Under the pieces are notes generated by a model that did not search any database, was not told the origin of the DNA, and saw only the letters and a list, made by a program, of their open reading frames with translations. From a bacterium (GTDB lineage Bacteria; Patescibacteriota; Microgenomatia; JAMCZE01): a stretch of 64,000 nucleotides of DNA. The translations under genes and the position numbers were made by a program. Shown piece by piece: positions 1 to 13,244 of this stretch (its first letter is position 1; each line of letters starts with the position of its first letter). The stretch spans positions 3,841-67,840 of the forward strand of contig JAKBJL010000004.1 of the NCBI GenBank assembly GCA_021836035.1, given 5' to 3'.

Positions 1-61
1 AAACTCTTGAAAGTGGGAGTTTCATATCCCGTCCTTTCGACGGGAACCGTGATTACCTCTT

Positions 62-1569
<1,508 letters not shown>

Positions 1570-1768
1570 ATCAACGAAGTTAATTTTTGCAGTCCGCCAA
1601 TAATCGCAGCTCGAGCCGCGTCCCGTATTTGCGGAATAAGGCGAGAACTAAGATATGACGGGCAAAAAATTCCCCTTCGTCTTTCCTACCACTTTTTAAA
1701 AGTCATGTACTCGATAAACCAAGCATGATACCGGGTTTGTCAAGGCATTTTTTAAAAAGTCTTATTAA

Positions 1769-1780
1769 TTTTCAAAGAGC
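1769..1780 (-). promoter_or_regulatory. rRNA boxA antitermination element
   Basis: GCTCTTTGAAAA on - strand, ~200 nt upstream of the 16S 5' end; matches the boxA consensus. nusB is present in the window. Confidence 0.8.
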
Positions 1781-1792
1781 GAGAAAAATCAT

Positions 1793-1816
1793 AAAAAAAT
1801 CCCGCCGAGCGGGATT
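1793..1816 (-). terminator. Intrinsic terminator hairpin in the rRNA leader
   Basis: AATCCCGC-TCG-GCGGGATT running into a 7-T tract on - strand. Confidence 0.75.
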
Positions 1817-1839
1817 AAGAACCATAAAATCCCCCTCGG

Positions 1840-1854
1840 TCAAGTTTTTCTCAT
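1840..1854 (-). CDS. Putative 4-codon uORF MRKT* in the rRNA leader
   Basis: ATG AGA AAA ACT TGA, starting ~10 nt after a TATAAT box; its stop abuts the antiterminator arm CCGAGGGGGATT. Confidence 0.45.
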   Translation of the reverse strand: MRKT

Positions 1855-1864
1855 GGCAGTTTTC

Positions 1865-1892
1865 ATTATATCCGGATTTAAAGTGAAGTCAA
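1865..1892 (-). promoter_or_regulatory. Sigma70-type promoter, probable rRNA operon promoter
   Basis: TTGACT-N16-TATAAT on - strand, overlapping the stop of the upstream methyltransferase gene. Confidence 0.75.
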
Positions 1893-2656
1893 GTAGACAG
1901 CGTCTTTTGTGCACGAAGCATAAAAGTACCGTTTTCTTGGTTAATAGCGTCTTTGATTCTAATCCGGCGGCGTAAAGGTGCTTTTAATTTTTCGTACATG
2001 CGAACCGAAAAATAATTTCTCGTCAGGAGATTAATTATTTCTTTGGTTCCCTCCTTACCAATTGCAAAACCATGAGTCTCCGCAATGATTTGATCTACTT
2101 GGGGTAATTGGGTTTCTGCTTCTCGTAAGACAGTTAGTTCATTTCCTTCAATATCAATTTTTAATAAATCCACTTTCCCGTTAGCGGTAGCGGCTTCGGA
2201 AACAATTCGGGATAACGGAATCGTTGGGACGGAAACTTGCAGGCATTCTCCGGATTTATGCCATTCCCAGGGAAAGAAAGTGTCACAAGCTGACCCACCG
2301 CGGCTAAAAGGAGACGAGCGGTATCTCTTAATAAAGAGGTTTCGTTGCCCGATATTTTCATCCAAAGCGGCGGGAATGAGATCAACGTTAGTTAGTTTCC
2401 AGCGGTTAACACGTTGTCTCAATAAATAAAAACTATCCGGTGAAGGCTCAATAGCAATAATTTTGGATTTGGGATATTGCCACTTAAAAAAGAGTGTTGA
2501 CAGACCAATATTGGCACCGGCATCGATAATTATCGGATGCTCTGTGGCTGACTGAAAGCGGTAATCGGCGATTACTTCCCGGAAAGTAGCTTGGATTTCC
2601 CGCCATGGAGAATGAATTTGCGGCTGATTAGGAATAGCTAGGCTTTCGGCTTTCAT
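1889..2656 (-). CDS. FkbM-family SAM-dependent methyltransferase
   Basis: IIDAGANIG motif I, AIEP and LLKIDIEGNE motifs typical of FkbM/Methyltransf_21. Confidence 0.88.
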   Translation of the reverse strand: MKAESLAIPNQPQIHSPWREIQATFREVIADYRFQSATEHPIIIDAGANIGLSTLFFKWQYPKSKIIAIEPSPDSFYLLRQRVNRWKLTNVDLIPAALDENIGQRNLFIKRYRSSPFSRGGSACDTFFPWEWHKSGECLQVSVPTIPLSRIVSEAATANGKVDLLKIDIEGNELTVLREAETQLPQVDQIIAETHGFAIGKEGTKEIINLLTRNYFSVRMYEKLKAPLRRRIRIKDAINQENGTFMLRAQKTLST

Positions 2657-2669
2657 AAGAAGGCGTGCG

Positions 2670-5177
2670 TTATTTTTCTAAGGTGGCGACAGCAGCGACG
2701 CGATCGGATTTATCGGAAAAGCGCATTAAAATTACCCCTTGTGTCGGCCGGGACAAGCGCGGCACTGCGGTAAGCGGCAGTCGGATAACCAAACCCTTAG
2801 CGGAAGTCAAAATTAATTGGTCGATTCTCTCGTCAACTTTTCTGGAAGTTACTAATTTACCGGTCCGGTCGGTAACTTGCATGGCTTTGACACCCATGCC
2901 GCCCCTTCTCTGCCGCGGGAACTGGGCGACTTCTGTCCTTTTCCCTACTCCTTTTTCGGAAACCACCAATAAGTCGCAGACGGTCTTCTTATCGCTGATA
3001 ATTTTATTGTTTACCGACTCCATCCCGACAACAAAATCGTCTTTGGATAATTTGATTCCGCGAACACCGATGGTATCTCTCCCCTGCGGTTTAGCTTCTT
3101 TTTCCGCGAAGCGGATCGACTTTCCCAGGTGGGTAACGAGAATTATATCGTCCTCGTTGCCGGTAATTTTAGCCCAGACCAGTTCGTCGCCCGTTTCCAG
3201 TTTGATCGCCGTCAAACCGCTGCGCCGGATATTAGTAAACTCTTCCAGTTTGGTTTTTTTAACCGTTCCTTTGCGGGTGGTCAAAAAGATGTGAAAGTCG
3301 CCGTTATTTTTTAGGCTTGCGGTAGTGTAGGTCAGGAGAGATTCTACGATTTCCCCCTGCTCAATATTAATTGTATTAACAATTGCCTGACCGCGGGCCA
3401 TCCGGGAGGCTTCGGGCAGGTCATAAACTTTTGTTTGGTAAACCTTGCCTTTGTTGGTAAAGAAAAGAATATTATCATGATTATTACAGATCGCGAGGCG
3501 TTCAATCTCGTCCTCGCCGTCTTTAGTAGCCATTCCGGTAACTCCTTTGCCGCCGCGGGCCTGGGCGCGAAAAGAACCCGGAGCCATGCGCTTAACATAA
3601 CCGCTTTTGGTCAGAGCGACAACCATTTCATCGTTGGGGATTAAATCTTCTTCGGCAAATTCACCGACTTTGCCTTTGACTACTTTGGTTCGCCGCTCGT
3701 CACCGAATCTTTCTTTTAATTGCAGAAGTTCGGTCCTGATAACCTTCATAATTTTTTCCGGATGGGCTAATAAGTCTTCCAGATAAGTAATTGTTTCCCG
3801 GACCAGCGCCAGTTCATCTTCAATTTTTTGCCGCTCTAAAGCAGCCAAGCGTCTAAGCTGCATATCCAGAATAGCAACAGCTTGGATTTCCGTCAGTTTA
3901 AAGCGGGCCATTAGTTTCGTTTTGGCTTCATCCGCCGAAGCCGCTTTTTTGATCAGGTCGATAACTTCGTCAATATTATCCACGGCAATTTTTAAGCCTT
4001 CCAAAATATGTTCGCGGGCTTTGGCTTCTTTTAATTCAAACTCGCTACGGCGGGTAACCACATTGCGCCGGTGCTTGAGATATTCCTCCAGGATCATTTT
4101 TAAGGTAAGAGTCTGAGGCGTTTGGTCCACCAGCGCTACCAAATTTACGGGGTAGGAAATCTGCAGTTCGGTATGCTTAAACAGATTATTCAAAACTGAC
4201 TGCGGGCGGGCGTCGCGCTTTAATTCAATGTAGACGCGAATGCCGCGCCGGTCCGATTCATCGCGCAGGTCAGAGATCCCCTCAATCTTTTTATCGCGGA
4301 CTAAATCGGCAACTTTAGTTATTAATTCCGCTTTATTTACCTGGTAAGGCATTTCGGAAACGATGATAGCGCTTTTACCGTTCCCCTGTTCTTCAATTTC
4401 CGTTTTAGCGCGTAGAATTATTTTCCCACGTCCGGTACCGTAGGAAGCGAGAATTTCCTTTTGGTCGTAAATGATCCCGCCGGTTGGGAAATCGGGTCCT
4501 TTTATAAATTGCACCAGCTCTTCCACGCCGACTTCATTACCGTCCTTTTTGTCAATCAGGTAAACCAGGGCGTCAACTACTTCGGAAAGGTTATGCGGTG
4601 GTATTTTTGTCGCCATCCCGACCGCAATACCGTCGGCGCCCATGAGAAGCAGATTGGGAAGCAGGGCCGGCAGACAGGTGGGTTCCTGGTCGGTGTTGGC
4701 ATAATTAGGAATAAAATCAACGGTATTTTTTTCGATATCCAATAAAAGATAGTCGGAAATGGCGGCCATTCTTGCCTCCGTATAACGGTAAGCTGCCGGT
4801 GGATCGCCGTCCATGGAACCAAAATTGCCTTGCCCGTCAATTAAGGGGTAACGGAGGCTGAAATCCTGAGCCATGCGGGCTAAGGCATCATAAACTGGAA
4901 TATCACCGTGGGGATGATAATTTTTCAAAACTTCGCCGATAACAGCTGCGCACTTAGAATATTTCGATGTGTGATGCAGACCCATGCGGTGCATGGCATA
5001 TATAATCCGCCGGTGTACCGGCTTAAGTCCGTCGCGGACGTCAGGAAGCGCCCGGGAAACGATAACGGACATGGCGTAGTCGAGATAAGCCGTCTGCATT
5101 TCCTCGGTAATTTCCGAAAGGAGAATGCGACCGACATTGGTCTGGGGTTTAGGATCCGCTTTGTCGTCCTTAGCCAT
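2670..5177 (-). CDS. gyrA: DNA gyrase subunit A
   Basis: [29 protein letters not shown], active-site RYTE, GyrA-box QARGGKG, C-terminal pinwheel repeats. Confidence 0.98.
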   Translation of the reverse strand: MAKDDKADPKPQTNVGRILLSEITEEMQTAYLDYAMSVIVSRALPDVRDGLKPVHRRIIYAMHRMGLHHTSKYSKCAAVIGEVLKNYHPHGDIPVYDALARMAQDFSLRYPLIDGQGNFGSMDGDPPAAYRYTEARMAAISDYLLLDIEKNTVDFIPNYANTDQEPTCLPALLPNLLLMGADGIAVGMATKIPPHNLSEVVDALVYLIDKKDGNEVGVEELVQFIKGPDFPTGGIIYDQKEILASYGTGRGKIILRAKTEIEEQGNGKSAIIVSEMPYQVNKAELITKVADLVRDKKIEGISDLRDESDRRGIRVYIELKRDARPQSVLNNLFKHTELQISYPVNLVALVDQTPQTLTLKMILEEYLKHRRNVVTRRSEFELKEAKAREHILEGLKIAVDNIDEVIDLIKKAASADEAKTKLMARFKLTEIQAVAILDMQLRRLAALERQKIEDELALVRETITYLEDLLAHPEKIMKVIRTELLQLKERFGDERRTKVVKGKVGEFAEEDLIPNDEMVVALTKSGYVKRMAPGSFRAQARGGKGVTGMATKDGEDEIERLAICNNHDNILFFTNKGKVYQTKVYDLPEASRMARGQAIVNTINIEQGEIVESLLTYTTASLKNNGDFHIFLTTRKGTVKKTKLEEFTNIRRSGLTAIKLETGDELVWAKITGNEDDIILVTHLGKSIRFAEKEAKPQGRDTIGVRGIKLSKDDFVVGMESVNNKIISDKKTVCDLLVVSEKGVGKRTEVAQFPRQRRGGMGVKAMQVTDRTGKLVTSRKVDERIDQLILTSAKGLVIRLPLTAVPRLSRPTQGVILMRFSDKSDRVAAVATLEK

Positions 5178-5222
5178 TTTTGCGTTTAAAAATCTCCCCT
5201 AACGGGAGATTCTACTACCTAA

Positions 5223-5251
5223 ATTGTACTAAATTCGGAAAGGTTTGTCCA
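5223..5251 (-). promoter_or_regulatory. Putative gyrA promoter
   Basis: TGGACA-N17-TACAAT on - strand, ~45 nt before the start codon. Confidence 0.55.
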
Positions 5252-5306
5252 GGGTAAAAGGGACAAAAATGAAGCTAATATAGACTATGCGGGTAAATGT
5301 TTGCCG

Positions 5307-5502
5307 TCAGGAAATTGTATCTAATGTCCCCAAACGGTCATTATGGTCGGACACTTGGCGGTGCAGGACTAAATGGTCATCACGGATATCACGAAGTTGC
5401 TTCATAGCTTTATTGAGAAATTCAAAAACCTGATCAAATCTTTTTTCAATAGCATTAAACCTTTCTTCGTACACTTTCTTCGGTCAGAACTTTTTGCGCC
5501 AT
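5307..5502 (-). pseudogene. Small coiled-coil protein gene, frameshifted or GTG-started (55-aa ORF 5474-5307)
   Basis: Frame (V)YEERFNAIEKRFDQVFEFLNKAMKQLRDIRDDHLVLHRQVSDHNDRLGTLDTIS* has heptad character; the upstream ATG at 5502 (MAQKVLTEESVRRKV*) is in another frame. Confidence 0.45.
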
Positions 5503-5574
5503 AAAATAAATATACTTTTTAGAAATATTGAGCGTCAATTACAGAAAGGTAAGAAAACAGGAAATCTTAATTTT

Positions 5575-7602
5575 TTAAATTCCGAAGAGCAGGATTACGA
5601 GGGGGGCGATAAGGAGGGCGACGATGTTGATAATTTTAATCATGGGATTGATTGCCGGACCGGCAGTGTCTTTTAAGGGGTCGCCGACGGTATCCCCCAC
5701 CACGGCGGCTTTGTGGGCATCAGATCCCTTGCCGCCGAAATTTCCGTCTTCGATATATTTTTTAGCGTTGTCCCAAGCACCGCCAGTATTGGCCATAAAT
5801 AGCGCCATTAAAAGCCCGGCAGCAATTGTCCCGCCTAAAAATCCGCCTAAAGCTTGCGCTCCCAGGAAGCTAATAGCGATCGGGCTACCGATTACTAAAG
5901 CCGCCGGAATAACCAACTCTCTTTGGGCCGCAGCCGTAGAAATTTCCACGCAGCGGGCATAATCCGGCTTAGCTTTTCCCTCCATAATTCCCTTGATTTC
6001 TCTCCATTGGCGACGAACCTCTTCGACCATTTCGAAGGCAGCCCTGCCTACGGCGGAAATCAGACGGGAACTAAACAAAAACGGCACGGCTGCACCCAGT
6101 AACAATCCCGTAAAAGTTTTCGGATCGGCAATGTTAATCGCTTTCAATCCCGTTAATTCAAAATAGGTGGCAAATAAAGACGAGGCGGCAACCGCTGCGG
6201 AAGCAATGGCAAACCCTTTGGTTAAAGCTTTCGTGGTATTCCCTACCGCGTCCAGACTACTGGTTACTTTAACAGCCATACCTTCAGTGAGCCCTGCCAT
6301 TTCCGCAATTCCCTGTGCATTATCGGAAATCGGTCCGAATGTATCGAGGGACATAATAATGCCGGTGGTCGCGAGCATTCCCATCCCCGCAAGGGAAATT
6401 CCGTAAAAACCGATCAGCCAATAACCCACTAAAATCGCCGCAGCCACTACGAGTATAGACGGGATTGTGGATTCTAACCCGATAGCCAAACCGGCGATAA
6501 TGTTAGTTCCGGCTCCCGTAGTAGAAGCTTTGGCAATAGCGATGACCGGTTTTTCCGCCGGTCCGGTATAGTATTTGGTAATGTATAAAATAGCCAGCAT
6601 GGCAATAATGCCGCTAACGGCGGCCAGTCCGGCACGGGGTTCGTTTAATAGTAAAACCGAAAGTACCATAAAGATAACCACAGCGGCTACGGCAGCAAGA
6701 ATAAAACCGCGCATGAGTGGCGTTAGGGGATTTTCCTGGTCGTTTTTTGCCTTCACAAAAAATGTTCCTAAAATAGAGGTCCAAATTGCTCCGGAGCGGG
6801 CAAGCAGTGGAAAAACTACTCCCGGAAGACCGAACATGGAACCGCCGAGAATCATGGCGGCAACAATCGTTACGGCATAAGACTCAAAAACGTCCGCGCC
6901 CATTCCCGCACAATCACCGACATTATCGCCTACTAGATCCGCAATAACCGCCGGGTTGCGGGGGTCGTCTTCGGGGATTCCCTTTTCCACCTTACCGACT
7001 AAATCAGCACCGACATCTGCCGCTTTAGTATAAATTCCCCCTCCGACCCGCATAAATAAAGCTAATAAACAGGCGCCGAATCCATAGCCGGTCAAAACAC
7101 TGGTGGCTAGTTTGGTTACAGCATCTGCCCCCTCGTTGATTTTTAAAAAGTAGCTGGCAACGTAAATAATAGAAACGCCAAGAAGACCTAAGCCTACAAT
7201 CAACATTCCGTTAACGGTTCCGGCGCCGAAAGCAATTTGGAGAGCGGGATTAAGTCCGAGAGTCGCCCCTTGCGCAGTGCGCATATTGGCTTTGACCGCA
7301 ATCCACATGGCGACATAGCCGGTAAGGTAGGAAAATACTCCCCCCAATACAAAAGTGGCGGCAATTCCCCACCCCAGGGTCAATCCTAAAAGAACCGTTA
7401 AAATTAAAAGAATTGGAACAACTACCCGCAATTGTTTAGAAAGATAAGCCATAGAGCCGCTGGCGATTGCTTTACCGATATCCTGCATTTGGGGACTTCC
7501 CGCATCCTGAGAAGTAACTTTTTTTACTAAATAAGCCCCATAGAGAAGTGCGCAGATAGCCGTTAAGGGGGCAAGGGTTAAAGCGATGATTTGAATATCC
7601 AT
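5575..7602 (-). CDS. hppA: Membrane-bound proton-translocating pyrophosphatase, K+-independent type
   Basis: GGIYTKAADVGADLVGKVE, DDPRNPAVIADLVGDNVGD, GNTTKA, WDNAKKYIE, GDTVGDPLKDTAGP; many TM helices. Start taken at MDIQI. Confidence 0.96.
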   Translation of the reverse strand: MDIQIIALTLAPLTAICALLYGAYLVKKVTSQDAGSPQMQDIGKAIASGSMAYLSKQLRVVVPILLILTVLLGLTLGWGIAATFVLGGVFSYLTGYVAMWIAVKANMRTAQGATLGLNPALQIAFGAGTVNGMLIVGLGLLGVSIIYVASYFLKINEGADAVTKLATSVLTGYGFGACLLALFMRVGGGIYTKAADVGADLVGKVEKGIPEDDPRNPAVIADLVGDNVGDCAGMGADVFESYAVTIVAAMILGGSMFGLPGVVFPLLARSGAIWTSILGTFFVKAKNDQENPLTPLMRGFILAAVAAVVIFMVLSVLLLNEPRAGLAAVSGIIAMLAILYITKYYTGPAEKPVIAIAKASTTGAGTNIIAGLAIGLESTIPSILVVAAAILVGYWLIGFYGISLAGMGMLATTGIIMSLDTFGPISDNAQGIAEMAGLTEGMAVKVTSSLDAVGNTTKALTKGFAIASAAVAASSLFATYFELTGLKAINIADPKTFTGLLLGAAVPFLFSSRLISAVGRAAFEMVEEVRRQWREIKGIMEGKAKPDYARCVEISTAAAQRELVIPAALVIGSPIAISFLGAQALGGFLGGTIAAGLLMALFMANTGGAWDNAKKYIEDGNFGGKGSDAHKAAVVGDTVGDPLKDTAGPAINPMIKIINIVALLIAPLVILLFGI

Positions 7603-7622
7603 ACCTAGCCTGTTTTTATTAT

Positions 7623-7652
7623 AAAAAAACCCCTTTTGGAAATACAAGGGTT
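7623..7652 (-). terminator. Intrinsic terminator after gyrB
   Basis: AACCCTT...AAGGGG hairpin followed by T7 on - strand, immediately after the gyrB stop. Confidence 0.6.
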
Positions 7653-7657
7653 ATTTT

Positions 7658-9649
<1,992 letters not shown>

Positions 9650-9664
9650 TCATGGTGTAGATAT

Positions 9665-9693
9665 ATTTTAGCAAAATTAGGAGGTTATGTCTA
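9665..9693 (-). promoter_or_regulatory. Putative gyrB promoter
   Basis: TAGACA-N17-TAAAAT with extended -10 TG on - strand. Confidence 0.55.
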
Positions 9694-9695
9694 TC

Positions 9696-10370
9696 CTAAG
9701 ATGGCTCAGGGAGGAAAAGATTTTCCAAAGTCAGACGTACATTTATGTTCGCGTGAAGATAAACCAGCGCTTGCTGCAGGCGGCGGATTTGCCGGGATGA
9801 TTGTCGGTTTTTATCCTGAAGGAGCTGCCGGCGCGCTACCAGAAGCATTTTCAGCAGCTGTTGTTTAGCATTCGCCCGGTCCTTGCTCAGGGTTTCTGCC
9901 CAGCGGAAGCCTCGGGGAATATTTCCCGTAGCTATCCAGCCTAGGGTCTCTTCCAAAGCTTTCTTCTCCCCGCTTTCCAGGGAGATTTCCGCCTCTGGAG
10001 ACAGAGGAATGATCCGGCAGCGGGAAACGATGGTGGGCAGGATCAGTTCCTCTGTCGGGGATAATAATATAATAATAGTATCCCCCGGCGGCTCCTCCAA
10101 TAGCTTCAAAAGGGCGTTCTGAGCCTCTATAGTAAGATTTTCTGCCCGACAAATAACGGCAAATTTTCGCGGTAGATTGAGCGGGCGAAGCTTCAAGCGG
10201 GACTGGAGATCGCGGATCCGGTCAATTCCGATTGCCTCCGGGAAATCCCAAAAAATAATATCCGGTTGGTTCGGGGTTAGGTCCGCGCCGAAACCGGTAA
10301 TTATTTCCCGGGTTTCCCTAATCCTCACGGAAGGTGTCCCGCCGGTGATGAGGATACTCGTTGACATCAT
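9696..10370 (-). CDS. holB: DNA polymerase III delta' subunit (short form)
   Basis: AENLTIEAQNALLKLLEEPP and ILPTIVSRC motifs; degenerate P-loop. Confidence 0.85.
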   Translation of the reverse strand: MMSTSILITGGTPSVRIRETREIITGFGADLTPNQPDIIFWDFPEAIGIDRIRDLQSRLKLRPLNLPRKFAVICRAENLTIEAQNALLKLLEEPPGDTIIILLSPTEELILPTIVSRCRIIPLSPEAEISLESGEKKALEETLGWIATGNIPRGFRWAETLSKDRANAKQQLLKMLLVARRQLLQDKNRQSSRQIRRLQQALVYLHANINVRLTLENLFLPEPS

Positions 10371-10391
10371 AGCTTCCCGCCATGTTACAAT
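10361..10391 (+). promoter_or_regulatory. Putative pilB operon promoter
   Basis: TTGACA then extended -10 TGnTACAAT (19-nt spacer), overlapping the start of divergent holB. Confidence 0.5.
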
Positions 10392-10448
10392 GGATTAAGT
10401 CCCGAGACAAGTCCGGCGAAAAGTCGCATAAAATCGGGATGTCTGCCC

Positions 10449-12176
10449 ATGAAAGTAGCAAATGAGGGAAGCTTGGAAGACCTTCTTTTTGAGGAGAAAG
10501 TCCTCTCCTCCGATCAGTTGTCATTGGTAAAACTGGAACATATCAACAGCGGTAAAAGTTCCGAAGAAATTCTCCTCGACCGCGGATTTGCCACCCAACA
10601 ACAATTGGTGCAAGCCCGGGCGAAATTGATCGGAATTCCCTTTGTCGATGTTGCTTCCACGGCTATTTCGCCAGAAGTTTTAACTTTTATTCCGGAACAG
10701 GTCGCGCGCCGCTACCTGCTTATTCCCTTTGAATATGACCAAAAATCCAATTCTTTATCCTTGGCGATGGCTGACCCTTTGGATTTGCAGGTATTGGAAT
10801 TCGTTGAGAAAAAAAGCAAAACCACGATTAAACCCTTTTTGGGAGTTCCTGAGGAAATTAAGCAGGCGATTGACAATCAATACAGCCAAAGTTTAACCAC
10901 GGAAGTTTCGGCGGCTCTTAAGGAGGCTCCGGAAACCGCCATAGAAAAACAACTGGCTGCTGCCAAATCAGGCGGCGAGGTAATTATCCGCGAGGCTCCG
11001 GTCACTAAGATCGTCAATACTCTTTTGGAGTTTGCCATCCGCTCACGCGCTTCCGATATCCATATCGAACCTCTGGAGGATAAAACACGCGTACGCTACC
11101 GTATTGATGGGATTCTGCACGAGAAATTAATCCTGCCAAAAAAAGTCCATGACAGCGTCGTTTCCCGGATTAAGATAATGTCCGACATGAAAATTGACGA
11201 GCGGCGCCTTCCTCAGGACGGTCGTTTCAATTTCAAATCCGGCGAGGACGAAATAGATTTGCGTGTCTCTTCCCTGCCGACGGCACACGGCGAAAAAATC
11301 GTGATGCGGCTTCTCAAGAAAAGCGGCGGCGTACCCACCTTGCAGGACTTGGGTTTGCGCGGGACAGCTTTAAAAAATTTGGAAATTGCCATGCTCCGCC
11401 CCCACGGGATTATTATTGTCTGCGGGCCTACCGGTTCTGGTAAAACGACGACGCTGTATGCCGTTCTCTCAAAAATTAACTCCTCCAAAGTAAATATTGT
11501 GACTTTGGAAGATCCGGTGGAGTACCAGATGGTCGGTGTAAATCAGGTCCAGATTAACCCCCAGGCGGGTTTGACTTTTGCCTCGGGCTTGCGCTCCTTT
11601 TTACGCCAGGATCCCAATATTATTCTCGTCGGGGAAATCCGGGATGTGGAAACAGCCGATTTGGCTATTCAGGCGGCCTTAACCGGCCACTTAGTATTTT
11701 CTACTCTCCATACCAGCAATGCCGCCGGCGCACTCCCGCGTTTGCTGGATATGAAAGCGGAACCTTTTCTTTTAGCTTCCTCGATGAACGCGATTGTCGG
11801 ACAGCGTATCGCCCGTCGCGTTTGTCCTCACTGTAAGGAGCCTTATAGTCCCCCCGACGAAATTGCCGAAGACATGCGTAAGGTTTTAGGAAGGCTGCTT
11901 CCCCAGGATAAATTAAAAGACGGCAAAATCGTGCTCTACCGCGGTAAGGGTTGTGATGAATGTGCCAATACCGGGTATGTTGGTAGGATAGGTATTTTTG
12001 AGGTCTTGCCAGTTAGTGAAAGAATTGGCAAAATGGTATTAGAGCATGCTTCCGCAGCCGAAGTCGAAGCTCAGGCGGTAAGTGAAGGAATGATTACCAT
12101 GAAGCAGGATGGTTATTTAAAGGCGATAGAGGCTATGACCACCCTGGAAGAAGTCTTAAGGGTCGCTCAGGATTAA
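10449..12176 (+). CDS. pilB: Type IV pilus assembly ATPase PilB/GspE
   Basis: N-terminal T2SSE_N domain, ASDIHIEP, GPTGSGKTTT, LRQDPNIILVGEIRD, CPHC...CDEC zinc site. Confidence 0.96.
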   Translation: MKVANEGSLEDLLFEEKVLSSDQLSLVKLEHINSGKSSEEILLDRGFATQQQLVQARAKLIGIPFVDVASTAISPEVLTFIPEQVARRYLLIPFEYDQKSNSLSLAMADPLDLQVLEFVEKKSKTTIKPFLGVPEEIKQAIDNQYSQSLTTEVSAALKEAPETAIEKQLAAAKSGGEVIIREAPVTKIVNTLLEFAIRSRASDIHIEPLEDKTRVRYRIDGILHEKLILPKKVHDSVVSRIKIMSDMKIDERRLPQDGRFNFKSGEDEIDLRVSSLPTAHGEKIVMRLLKKSGGVPTLQDLGLRGTALKNLEIAMLRPHGIIIVCGPTGSGKTTTLYAVLSKINSSKVNIVTLEDPVEYQMVGVNQVQINPQAGLTFASGLRSFLRQDPNIILVGEIRDVETADLAIQAALTGHLVFSTLHTSNAAGALPRLLDMKAEPFLLASSMNAIVGQRIARRVCPHCKEPYSPPDEIAEDMRKVLGRLLPQDKLKDGKIVLYRGKGCDECANTGYVGRIGIFEVLPVSERIGKMVLEHASAAEVEAQAVSEGMITMKQDGYLKAIEAMTTLEEVLRVAQD

Positions 12177-12179
12177 AAT

Positions 12180-13241
12180 ATGGATATCCAGGAATTATTG
12201 CAAATTACGATCCAGCGGAATGCTTCCGATCTGCATTTATTAACCGGTTATTCACCGATCGTCAGGATTGACGGCGAACTTATCCCCCTTAATACTTATC
12301 CCAAATTAACACCAACCGATGTGGAAACCTTGGTTTACTCCTTATTGACCGGTGAACAAAAAGAATTATTAACGGTTAACAAAGAAATTGACTTTTCCTA
12401 CGAATTTACCGGGGGCGCCCGTTTTCGGATCAATGCCTACAGCCAAAAGGGATCATGGTCAGCGGCTCTCCGCCACCTGCCGATGCATATCCGGGATATC
12501 GATCAGCTGAATTTGCCGCAGATTATGCATCAGTTTACCACTCTGCGCCAGGGATTTGTTTTGGTTACCGGGCCAACAGGACACGGCAAATCAACGAGTC
12601 TCGCCGCTATGGTCAACGAAATCAATATCTCACGGGCGGCGCATATTGTGACTATCGAAGACCCGATTGAATATGTTTATCCCCCTGGCAAATCCATTAT
12701 TTCCCAAAGGGAGATGCACCTGGATACCCATTCCTGGAATATGGCTTTAAGAAGTGCATTGCGCGAAGATCCGGACGTCGTTCTGATCGGGGAAATGCGC
12801 GATTATGAAACGATCGCCGCCGCCTTAACTATTGCCGAAACCGGACATTTGGTTTTTGCCACCCTGCATACCAACGACTCTTCTCAGACTATCGACCGGA
12901 TAGTGGATGTTTTTCCGGAGAACCAACAAACGCAGGTCCGTTTGCAGCTTTCTAATGTTTTGGAAGCGGTTGTGTCCCAAAGGCTGGTTCCCAGGACAAA
13001 AGGCGGACGGATTCCGGTAACGGAGATACTTCTCGCTACCCCGGCGGTCCAAAATTCGATTCGTGAAGGGAAAACCCATCTAATTCCCAATATTATTCAG
13101 ACCTCGGGAGAATTAGGCATGTGCATGCTAGAGAAATCGCTTGCCGAGTGGGTCAAGAAAGGCGAAATTTCCATGGAAACAGCCGGTGAGTACACCACCC
13201 GGCCGGAGGAGGTTACGCGACTTGTACGGTCCAAAGTTTAA
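12180..13241 (+). CDS. pilT: Type IV pilus retraction ATPase PilT
   Basis: ASDLHL, GPTGHGKST, ALREDPDVVLIGEMRD, TGHLVFATLHT, AVQNSIRE (AIRNLIRE-like). Confidence 0.96.
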   Translation: MDIQELLQITIQRNASDLHLLTGYSPIVRIDGELIPLNTYPKLTPTDVETLVYSLLTGEQKELLTVNKEIDFSYEFTGGARFRINAYSQKGSWSAALRHLPMHIRDIDQLNLPQIMHQFTTLRQGFVLVTGPTGHGKSTSLAAMVNEINISRAAHIVTIEDPIEYVYPPGKSIISQREMHLDTHSWNMALRSALREDPDVVLIGEMRDYETIAAALTIAETGHLVFATLHTNDSSQTIDRIVDVFPENQQTQVRLQLSNVLEAVVSQRLVPRTKGGRIPVTEILLATPAVQNSIREGKTHLIPNIIQTSGELGMCMLEKSLAEWVKKGEISMETAGEYTTRPEEVTRLVRSKV

Positions 13242-13244
13242 GCT

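Noticed and set aside
1725-1743. TTGACA ... TATCAT in the rRNA leader as a second promoter
   Set aside because: The boxes are only 8 nt apart, there is no -10 at 16-18 nt, and it lies downstream of boxA.
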